Part shown: piece after piece, positions 56,283 through 64,000 of the stretch | How positions within the stretch are numbered: position 1 is the first letter of the stretch | Layout: each line of letters starts with the position of its first letter | Source: an archaeon | Lineage (GTDB): Archaea > SpSt-1190 > DYHY01 | DNA: 64,000 nt | Direction: 5' to 3' | Assembly (NCBI GenBank): GCA_043803745.1 | Contig: JAZDJS010000048.1 | Location: 1-64,000, forward strand | The notes under the pieces: generated by a model | Databases searched by the model: none | What the model was told of the DNA's origin: nothing | Seen by the model: the letters and a program-made list of their open reading frames with translations, nothing else | Translations under genes and position numbers: made by a program

Positions 56283-58307
56283 ATGAAAGTGAAACATTTT
56301 GGCGCGCTTTTGATTGCCTGCCTTGCCTTGCTTCTTTCGGGCTGCACGATTGGACCCGACCCGGACGGGGGCGGGATTTCCTTTCTCCTGACTCTCCAGG
56401 ACCCCGTTGCAACGCTTGGAAGCGGGGAAGTCTTCACTCTCAAGGGCCTTGGCGCGAACTCCTCGAATCTTTACGCAACAATAAAATCGGACGGAGCAAC
56501 GAATTCGTATTCATTTTCATGCATGAACTCGTCCGAAACAGTTGGCCTTCTGAAGGTTTCGGTCAGGAACTGCACAAGGGTTTCCGAAACGAACGGGTAT
56601 GCAGTCGTTTCCCTTTTCAAGCTTGAAAAAACTGAATCGGCTCCCGATGAAGCAACTCCGGCCACGATAGACCCGTTCACGACCATACTGACGACGGCCC
56701 CGGGTCCGGTTCCTCCAACTCAACCCGAAGAATTTCCCGGCCAGGAAACCCCTGAAACTATAGACACCCTTCCGACATCTTCGATAGCAATGACGACGGC
56801 CCCGGGTGCGGCCCCGGGTGCGGCTCCGCCGGCCCCGGAAACTGTCAGAAGCAACTGCAATTCCGACCCGGAATTCGAAAGGATTTGCTCGAACGTTGGA
56901 ATGTCAACCGAGGGTTTCTCGGAAAACCGGACGCTTCACTGCACGGAGGGCTATTCCTGCTGGTTCAGGAAACGGGAAGTTGTCCCGGGTGTGAATGAGA
57001 CTGAAAGCGAGACGCGGGTCACTACGGTCACGATAGACACTTCTTCCTCAACGACAATAACGACGACGGCTCCCGGTGCGGTTCCCGCTGTTGTTATTCA
57101 GAATGCGCCAAGTTGCGTTTCCGATTATGAATACTACCGGGCTTGCTCGTACCGGAATTCCACCAACCGGAGCCTGATAAACCTGTCGGGGGAAATCGGT
57201 CTGCCGGCTGCATTCAACCTGTCTGCAATGGTCTTTCTAAGCAACGATTCAATCGGGTGCGAAGGCGATAACCGGGTTTGCTGGACCTACAAGCTCGGCA
57301 CGTTCAATTTGAGCATAGCGGCTAAGCGAGGAGGCCTGACAGGTGAATGCATTGAAAACATTTCTTTCAAGGTCTGGAACGAAACCTGGTCTGAAGAAGG
57401 GTTCCTGCCGGAGTCGTACGTTATTGTCGGAAAAGCGCGGGTACATGAGCTCAAGCGCATATATTTCAGAAATCTTGCCCCGGGAACTTACAGCTATTCG
57501 ATAAGGGCTCCCGGTTATCCCGAGGCCTATTCGAACATCACCAGCAAAGCTTCTCCCTACAACCGGGACCGTTCAATCGTCTGGATTATGGAACCTCTTG
57601 AGCTGAAGACCGTTCCAGTCACCTTCCACTTCACAGCGAAACAATGGTATGAATTCGGCGCGCGTTACTGGGACCTTGACAACGGCGAGATTGTCCTTGT
57701 CAACGAAACAAGGGGGCTCCGCTATTCCGAGAAAACGAACTCAACGGGATATGTCGTGCTTGAACTGATTCCCGCGAAATACGACCTCACTGCAACCTGG
57801 AGGAACGCAACAATGAACGGAAAAATTAACGATATCCCGTTGAGTTCGAACGGAACAAATCCCCGTAGTTTCCAGTTCGATCTCAGCACTGCGCTAGTCT
57901 GCGGGCCGGGACTGAATCCGGTGTTAGTAGAGGGCTGCTTCAGGGAAAACATGAGCCTGCAGGGATACCTCCCTTCGACTTTGAAATGCGCGGAGGGCTA
58001 TTCCTGTTTCTTTCGGTATAAGACCTGTGAAGAGTATTCCGACGGAATGCAGGACTTTGTGTGCTCGGGGGAAAACCTGACCGGCCAAGGATACGCACTG
58101 AAGGACAAGTGGTCTACCTACAGGGATAAAGGGGTCTGCCCGGAAGGGCAATCCTGCTGGAGAATATATCATCCCTGCGAGACATTCAACAACTCCAGAG
58201 CTGACTACCGCTGTTCCGCCGAGAACTTTACAAGCCAGGGATACCAGAACCTGAGCGCATTCCCCTGCCCGACCGGACAGATATGCTGGAGAAAGTTTTC
58301 GAGGTGA
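56283..58307 (+). CDS. Cys-repeat lipoprotein with Thr/Pro-rich linker
   Basis: LLLSGC lipobox, TID...TTAPG x3, C..G..CW x5, many N-x-S/T sequons. Confidence 0.8.
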   Translation: MKVKHFGALLIACLALLLSGCTIGPDPDGGGISFLLTLQDPVATLGSGEVFTLKGLGANSSNLYATIKSDGATNSYSFSCMNSSETVGLLKVSVRNCTRVSETNGYAVVSLFKLEKTESAPDEATPATIDPFTTILTTAPGPVPPTQPEEFPGQETPETIDTLPTSSIAMTTAPGAAPGAAPPAPETVRSNCNSDPEFERICSNVGMSTEGFSENRTLHCTEGYSCWFRKREVVPGVNETESETRVTTVTIDTSSSTTITTTAPGAVPAVVIQNAPSCVSDYEYYRACSYRNSTNRSLINLSGEIGLPAAFNLSAMVFLSNDSIGCEGDNRVCWTYKLGTFNLSIAAKRGGLTGECIENISFKVWNETWSEEGFLPESYVIVGKARVHELKRIYFRNLAPGTYSYSIRAPGYPEAYSNITSKASPYNRDRSIVWIMEPLELKTVPVTFHFTAKQWYEFGARYWDLDNGEIVLVNETRGLRYSEKTNSTGYVVLELIPAKYDLTATWRNATMNGKINDIPLSSNGTNPRSFQFDLSTALVCGPGLNPVLVEGCFRENMSLQGYLPSTLKCAEGYSCFFRYKTCEEYSDGMQDFVCSGENLTGQGYALKDKWSTYRDKGVCPEGQSCWRIYHPCETFNNSRADYRCSAENFTSQGYQNLSAFPCPTGQICWRKFSR

Positions 58308-58723
58308 GTTTTTTCTTCTTCTTCTTCTTGCCGGACGGCTTAAGTCCGCTTTCCCACACAGTCCCAGTGCCGGGCTAGTCAAATCTGGTGTCGGCACGGG
58401 TCCGGCTTTTTCCGGACAATTTTCAGGAAAAATTGGCGGCCTATTCCCTTTGGGTTTCACATTCTCGAGGTCGGGTAATTCCAGAATATTATCGCCGACC
58501 TTGATCCGGATTTTTCCGGACAAATATCCGCCATGCGTTTGGCGGACGGCCTCAGGCCCGCTTTCCCACACATTCCAATTTTCAGGAAAGCGAGCTTTTC
58601 GGCCTGTGTCCCGTCACACTAACGCTCCCCGATCCTCCTAACGTGATTAACGATACACTCTGTCCTGGGGAGTATCCCTCGTTGCGGGAGGGATTCCCGA
58701 CAGGCCGGCTTAAAAACAGTTTC

Positions 58724-58759
58724 CCCTCGGGGTTCCCTCGGGGTTCCCTCGGGGTTCCC
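58724..58759. repeat. 11-bp tandem repeat CCCTCGGGGTT x3
   Basis: Seen directly; intergenic. Confidence 0.9.
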
Positions 58760-58800
58760 CTGCCTCCTGGTTTTACCGGGCGTTATCTCAGTTTTTCCTC

Positions 58801-58982
58801 TTGAACTACCGCGGGCTAAAAAAGCCCGCGGATTTCGATGCTGCAGCATTGATCAAGTAACTCTTGACTCGGTAATAGGCGGGCTAATTCGCCCGCAATC
58901 ATAGTGTGAAATCTGGAGCGCGCGTCATCCTCAGATGATCCAGCATCGGCTGGATATTTCCGCCCTCAAAGGGCAGAGTTTT
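58801..58982. mobile_element. non-autonomous IS200/IS605-like miniature element (PATE-like)
   Basis: Left end TTGAACTA-CCGCGGGCT-A5-AGCCCGCGG-ATT; right end GCCCT-CAA-AGGGC-AGAGTTTT; no ORF. Confidence 0.45.
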
Positions 58983-59030
58983 GCGCGCGAAAGAATAAAA
59001 GTTAAATAGTGACCTTATTTCCATGGCAGA

Positions 59031-59396
59031 ATGGCAACATTACAGCAAGAACAGGTTCGCACAGGTCAAGGTGGGAACTCCGGAAGTTCCCAGGGTCCCC
59101 CCTCGGGGAACGGCACGGAAGCTCTTGAGATAAACGAATTCATGCTCAAGATGATTGAGGTCCTTAACAAAAGGTTCGGGGCGGTCAATCACCAGCTCAA
59201 CGAGATTTCCGCAAAATCCGCGGGAAAGGTTGAGCTGGCAGAAAAGCTTGCTGAGCTTAGGGCGAAACACGACAGGGAAAAGGAGGATTTGCTCGCAAGG
59301 ATTACGCTCCTTGACAACGAGCTTGTCGCGCTGAAAAACTCCCTCAAGCCCCCCGAGCCGAAAGTCAACAAGAACATCCTCAAGCACCTGGAGTGA
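59031..59396 (+). CDS. coiled-coil hypothetical protein
   Basis: Heptad pattern; TTAAATA box upstream. Confidence 0.7.
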   Translation: MATLQQEQVRTGQGGNSGSSQGPPSGNGTEALEINEFMLKMIEVLNKRFGAVNHQLNEISAKSAGKVELAEKLAELRAKHDREKEDLLARITLLDNELVALKNSLKPPEPKVNKNILKHLE

Positions 59397-59806
59397 CTCG
59401 CGTGTCCTTCTCGGAAGTTTCGGCAATCCTTGTCAAGCTTTCCGAGGTAGTATCCCGACAGAGCGAGGAAATAGAACTTATCCGCGCCGACCTCCACATC
59501 CTTGCCAACAGCAGCTCGACAAATGTCGCAAAGCTGAGGGAACGCATTGACCGGGCTGAGAAGGCGATTACTGAAGAGCATCCGAAGGTTGTTTCCGAAC
59601 GGTTCGAGAGCATCGAGGGCAAACTTGAGGAAATGTTTCACAGGTTCAACCAGACCGGTTCGCGCCTCTCGGAAATCTCAAGAAGGCTTGAGGAACTGAA
59701 GGAAAGGGAATCTTCCGAGGAAAAGTACGGAGAAGCAACGAGGAAGCTTGCCGGAGTCGGGCGGCTCATCAATCCCTCGATACTTTCCTATCTTGAACGG
59801 CCCTGA
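59393..59806 (+). CDS. coiled-coil hypothetical protein
   Basis: GTGA overlap with the upstream gene; heptads. Confidence 0.7.
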   Translation: MTRVSFSEVSAILVKLSEVVSRQSEEIELIRADLHILANSSSTNVAKLRERIDRAEKAITEEHPKVVSERFESIEGKLEEMFHRFNQTGSRLSEISRRLEELKERESSEEKYGEATRKLAGVGRLINPSILSYLERP

Positions 59807-59850
59807 CAGTGAAAAAGTTATTTAAGTAACGTAGCGGGAGTAATAATGAA

Positions 59851-61608
59851 ATGAAAGGACCTGGACCATTGGATAGTCCTGTAATATCAATTGACGATTT
59901 TCTCCGGAAGATGCAATGCGACCCTCGCCAGGACAAGGGCATTTACCTGCCGGGGGGAAAGCACCCGCACCCTGAGTTGGGAAAAGGTGGCGGAGGCGGA
60001 TATTGGGGACGCTGGGCAATGTGGAACGACGCGCCCTGGCAGCCCCATTGCTTGGTTTTCGGGGCAACGCTTCCGGAGCCGATATACTACAATATTGTCG
60101 ATTTCATGTGCGGAACTACCGGCCTCTGGTGGGATTACACGAAAATCCGGGAAGGCATTGCAGCATCCCCGACAAGCAGGCTCCAGGGGGAAATCCTCGG
60201 GCGCCAGTCCTTCCAGAGGAAGGATGCGAAGGAAATGCTTGCAACGGTCCAGACAATGAAGACGGTCATACTCAACCTCGAAAGCGATCTTGAGAAAATC
60301 CGCGAGCAGCGGGAGGCATTCACCAACAAGAACCCCGAGCAAATCAAGGGGCTTTTCGTCGATAACTTCGGCGGGCCCTCAAGGAGCTGGTCCGCCCTCG
60401 CGCACCAGGTCCCGATAGTGAAGAGCGCGCTGACCTGGTTCTACAGGATGGAGGAAAAATCTCCCGACGCCCTGAAGATGAAGAAGAAGGACAAGGAATC
60501 GGACGCGGAATTCCAGGCGCGCTGGACGAAGGAATGCCAGTCCGACATGGAAAAACAGGCGGATATTTTCGTCAAGTCCGAGGAGCTCAATCCGGCCGTC
60601 GCGAACTATCTCAAGCGGAAAATCCAGGAATACTGGACCTGGCGGAACAGCTATCAGGCTTTCATCAGCAAGACCTACAATTCGGTAATCCACAACATCC
60701 GCCAGCAGAGGGTGAACCTGCAGCTTTACATGAAATGGGCCCAGCGGAACATCCAGGAAGCCGAGAACATGCTGATTCCGTTCAACGAGGTTGACCAGAT
60801 ATACGGGATGTTCGCGGAGGAATTCCCGCAGTTCGCGCCCCTGATGTACACCGTGACGGACATGTTCTACGACCCGGAGGGAAAATGGCCTATTGTCACG
60901 GACAGGATGAGGCCCTGGCTACCCTGCATCGCAATCCAGCTCTTGATGAGCTACAATCCCGACCTTCAGGGGAACAAATTCGTCAGGGGCTTCTCAGTGA
61001 TGAGCTACGGCGTGATTAAGAAGAAGGACAAGGACGACCTTAAGAAAGAGCTTGCCAGGGAAAGCTCCAACTTCGTCGAGATAATGCGGACCGCCGGGGG
61101 GTTCAAGGAAGACGACCTCAAAAGCCTCGGACTCACCGAAACTGCCGAGGAGAAGGATATCGGGGAATACGAGAAGACAAAAGGTGAACTCGACGAACTT
61201 TCGACCCTGTCGCCCGAGGATACGGCTCAAGGATATTCCGTCGAGGGGGCGAACAAGGAAAAAATGAAGGCGCTTACGAAGAAGCTCTCGGAACTCGGGC
61301 AGAAGATAGGCGTTGAGGAAGTCGCTGACAAGGGCAAGACCCCTGAGGAAGCCGGCAAGTCGATAATGAAGGAGATGGAATCCTGGTTCAAGCCGTTGAA
61401 AACGAATGATACGCAGCTCTACAGCCAGATGTGGAACTGGCGTGAGGCGTTCTTGGCGGGCATAAAGCCGATGCTGGGGTTTTTCGGGAACGAGACCGAC
61501 AAGGTCTTCGACACGAGGAAAAGGCGCGCATCCTGGTTCGCATACAACACGTTCTTCAAGGTCTACCACGGGCTCAAGGCGAGCTACGGCTGGCTTGATT
61601 ACGTTTAA
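59851..61608 (+). CDS. large helical hypothetical protein
   Basis: 585-aa ORF with strong coding bias; EPIYY.I.DF and LY.KWA motifs recall a DPANN-conserved unknown family (from memory, unverified). Confidence 0.8.
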   Translation: MKGPGPLDSPVISIDDFLRKMQCDPRQDKGIYLPGGKHPHPELGKGGGGGYWGRWAMWNDAPWQPHCLVFGATLPEPIYYNIVDFMCGTTGLWWDYTKIREGIAASPTSRLQGEILGRQSFQRKDAKEMLATVQTMKTVILNLESDLEKIREQREAFTNKNPEQIKGLFVDNFGGPSRSWSALAHQVPIVKSALTWFYRMEEKSPDALKMKKKDKESDAEFQARWTKECQSDMEKQADIFVKSEELNPAVANYLKRKIQEYWTWRNSYQAFISKTYNSVIHNIRQQRVNLQLYMKWAQRNIQEAENMLIPFNEVDQIYGMFAEEFPQFAPLMYTVTDMFYDPEGKWPIVTDRMRPWLPCIAIQLLMSYNPDLQGNKFVRGFSVMSYGVIKKKDKDDLKKELARESSNFVEIMRTAGGFKEDDLKSLGLTETAEEKDIGEYEKTKGELDELSTLSPEDTAQGYSVEGANKEKMKALTKKLSELGQKIGVEEVADKGKTPEEAGKSIMKEMESWFKPLKTNDTQLYSQMWNWREAFLAGIKPMLGFFGNETDKVFDTRKRRASWFAYNTFFKVYHGLKASYGWLDYV

Positions 61609-61612
61609 GTTT

Positions 61613-61897
61613 TCAGCGGGGCCAGCAGGAAAAGAGCCTCTTGAGCTTTTCGGTCGGAACGTATTCTATTGAAACGGGCTTCCCTCCGGAAACCCTGCGG
61701 GACACGAGCCCCTTCTTCTCAAGCTCGGCAAGCCTCCTCGAGAGTATCGACGGATTTATTCCCTTCAAATTCCGCTTGAGGCCGTTGAACTTTGTCGTTC
61801 CCGAATGGATCTCCTTGATGATCGCAAGGGCCCACTTCTTCTCGAAAATCGAAAGGACCTCGAAGACCGGGCACTCGTGGCCATGCCTCTTCATCAT
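61613..61897 (-). CDS. HxlR family winged-helix transcriptional regulator
   Basis: CPV...L..F..KW...I, KFN.L...L.GI...ILS.RL.ELE..GLV.R, P..IEY. Confidence 0.9.
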   Translation of the reverse strand: MMKRHGHECPVFEVLSIFEKKWALAIIKEIHSGTTKFNGLKRNLKGINPSILSRRLAELEKKGLVSRRVSGGKPVSIEYVPTEKLKRLFSCWPR

Positions 61898-61988
61898 CCC
61901 GTGATAGTCCGGCAGCCCTTTAAAAATGATGCGCTGCAATAAACAATAAAAACCCGGTATAGAATAAGTACTTGATTCAAATAAGGAA

Positions 61989-62753
61989 ATGAAGGCAAAG
62001 GGGAAAAGACTCCTCGAGGTGCGGGGGTTGAGGGCTTCTGTCGGCGGCAAGGCCATTCTGAGGGGGGTTGACCTCTCCGTCGGGGAGGGGGAAATACACC
62101 TAGTGATGGGTCCGAACGGGAGCGGAAAAAGCACCCTTGCGCACGTCATCATGGGCGACCCGAAATATTCGGTTACCCGCGGGAAACTCCTCCTTGGAGG
62201 CAAGGACATCTCTTCCCTTGAGACTGATGCCCGCGCGCGGGAGGGGCTTTTCCTTGCGCTCCAGCACCCGACCGAGATTTCCGGCGTGACCCTTTTCAGC
62301 TTCCTCAGGGCGGCCGTAAACTCCCGGAGAACGAAAAAGGAGCCGGTTTCGCTTGCCGAATTCAGGGGGAAGGTTGAAACCGCCTGCCGGACCCTTGGGA
62401 TTGACGGGTCCTTCCTTGAAAGGGAGCTTAACGCGGGTTTCTCGGGCGGGGAGAAGAAGCGCGCGGAAGTCCTCCAGGCGCTGGTTCTCGAGCCGAAGCT
62501 TGCGGTTTTCGACGAGACCGATTCGGGCCTTGACCTTGACTCGCTGAAAACGGTTGCGACGACAATTGAGAAAATGCGCTCACCCAAATTCTCGGCAATA
62601 GTCATCACCCACAATCCGCGTGTCCTGAAATACATAAGGCCGGACAAGGTGCACGTTCTTTCCAGAGGCGTCGTAGTCAGGACCGGGGGGAAGGAGGTTG
62701 CGAAGCTCCTTGAGAAGGGGGGCTATTCCTTCCTCCGGGAGAAGGAAGGTTGA
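61989..62753 (+). CDS. sufC: Fe-S cluster assembly ATPase SufC
   Basis: MGPNGSGKSTL, GLFLA.Q.P.EI.GV, GFSGGEKKR.E, DETDSGLD.D, ITH. Confidence 0.96.
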   Translation: MKAKGKRLLEVRGLRASVGGKAILRGVDLSVGEGEIHLVMGPNGSGKSTLAHVIMGDPKYSVTRGKLLLGGKDISSLETDARAREGLFLALQHPTEISGVTLFSFLRAAVNSRRTKKEPVSLAEFRGKVETACRTLGIDGSFLERELNAGFSGGEKKRAEVLQALVLEPKLAVFDETDSGLDLDSLKTVATTIEKMRSPKFSAIVITHNPRVLKYIRPDKVHVLSRGVVVRTGGKEVAKLLEKGGYSFLREKEG

Positions 62754-62754
62754 A

Positions 62755-64000
62755 TTGGCGCTTCCCGGAAGAATTGCGAAAATAGGGCGGGACTACCGAG
62801 AACGGTACGGATTCCATGTGCGGGAACGCTCTGTTTTCAGGACCGACAAGGGAATTTCCGAGGGGGTTGTCAGGGAGATTTCTAGGATGAAAAACGAGCC
62901 CGACTGGATGCTTCAGCTGAGGCTTTCCGCCCTTGAAATTTTCCAGAAAAAGAGAATGCCGACCTGGGGGGCGGACCTCTCGGAAATTGATTTCGGGAGG
63001 CTCACATACTACATCAGGCCCCAGGACAAGAAAACGGGGAAATGGGCGGACCTTCCCGAGGAGATACGGACGACTTTCGACAGGCTGGGCGTCCCCGGAG
63101 CCGAGAAAAAATTCCTGGGCGGTGTCGGCGCGCAATATGAAAGCGAGGTCGTCTACCACAGCCTCCGGCGCGAACTTTCCCGCAAGGGGATAATTTTCCT
63201 TGACATGGATTCGGGCCTGAGGGAACATCCGGAGCTCGTCAGGAAATATTTCGGGAAGATTGTCCCGGCGGCTGACAACAAGTTCTCCGCGCTGAACACT
63301 GCGGCATGGTCCGGAGGGACTTTCCTTTATGTCCCGAAGGGCGTCAAGGTGAAAATCCCCCTCCAGGCATATTTCAGGATGAACGCGAAGAACATCGGCC
63401 AGTTCGAACGCACCCTGATTGTCGCTGACGAGGGCGCGGAGGTCCACTACGTGGAAGGCTGCACGGCGCCAATCTACTCTACCGATTCCCTGCACGCGGC
63501 GGTCGTCGAGCTCGTCGCAATGAAGGGCTCCAAGATTCGTTACACGACAATCCAGAACTGGTCGAACAACGTTTACAACCTGGTCACCAAGCGCGCTCAT
63601 GCACACGAGGGCGCAAAAGTCGAATGGGTTGACGGGAACATCGGAAGCAAGATTACGATGAAATATCCTTCGGTCTTCCTCCTCGGGCCGCGCGCGCGCG
63701 CGGACATACTCTCAATAGCGTTCGCAGGAAGGGGCCAGCACCAGGATGCCGGGGGGAAGGTTCTCCATCTTGCCCCGGACACGGCTTCGACAATAGTTTC
63801 CAAGTCGATTTCCCATTCGGGGGGGCGCACATCATATCGGGGAAAGCTCTTTGTCCAGAAGGGCTCGACCGGCGTCAAGAGTTCAATGCGCTGTGACGCG
63901 CTGATAATCGACGGCAGGAGCAGGAGCGACACGTACCCGGACATTGTCGTAAAAGAGCGGGACGCGACAATCGGGCACGAGGCAACTGTCGGCAAAATCG
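62755..64000 (+). CDS. sufB: Fe-S cluster assembly protein SufB (runs off the right edge)
   Basis: Read manually from TTG 62755: YGF...KGISE.VV.EIS..KNEPDWM, GVGAQYESE, GQFERTLI, YVEGCTAP, IQNWS.NVYN, HEATV. Confidence 0.95.
   Translation, partial: MALPGRIAKIGRDYRERYGFHVRERSVFRTDKGISEGVVREISRMKNEPDWMLQLRLSALEIFQKKRMPTWGADLSEIDFGRLTYYIRPQDKKTGKWADLPEEIRTTFDRLGVPGAEKKFLGGVGAQYESEVVYHSLRRELSRKGIIFLDMDSGLREHPELVRKYFGKIVPAADNKFSALNTAAWSGGTFLYVPKGVKVKIPLQAYFRMNAKNIGQFERTLIVADEGAEVHYVEGCTAPIYSTDSLHAAVVELVAMKGSKIRYTTIQNWSNNVYNLVTKRAHAHEGAKVEWVDGNIGSKITMKYPSVFLLGPRARADILSIAFAGRGQHQDAGGKVLHLAPDTASTIVSKSISHSGGRTSYRGKLFVQKGSTGVKSSMRCDALIIDGRSRSDTYPDIVVKERDATIGHEATVGKI

Noticed and set aside
2741-58521. 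Recurring TTTCCGGAC/GTCCGGAAA in intergenic DNA
   Set aside because: TCCGGA is abundant throughout coding regions too; enrichment cannot be shown by eye.
61898-62647. Long N-terminal extension of the HxlR ORF in the track
   Set aside because: Antisense to sufC; the HxlR domain starts at ATG 61897.

Overview
A 64-kb piece of an archaeal chromosome, shown by thermosome, GatD/GatE, eL43-RpoP-Pcc1-prefoldin beta, RpoK-eS17, FtsZ and SepF, an ADP-dependent sugar kinase and TATA/BRE-type promoters. A DPANN-type lineage is an inference from the surface-protein architectures and the unknown proteins at 59-61.6 kb. The window also has a type IV pilus/Tad cluster with an unlisted 57-aa pilin, several large Cys-rich surface proteins, and sufC-sufB with a divergent HxlR regulator. 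I saw no rRNA, tRNA, CRISPR array or intact transposase/integrase. The most unusual signals are: (1) HisRS fused to a complete AlaX-type editing domain, in an operon with an atypical radical SAM enzyme, RidA and a HisC-like aminotransferase; (2) duplicated 3' ends of sepF and the thermosome gene in which the extra copy is synonymously recoded; (3) two long, hairpin-dense non-coding regions (16.0-17.2 kb and 58.3-59.0 kb), the second ending in an IS200/IS605-like miniature element; (4) repeated 12-bp tandem expansions at protein termini; (5) a proteasome-like Ntn-hydrolase candidate divergent from a small heat-shock protein. All family calls come from motif recognition by eye, not from database searches.
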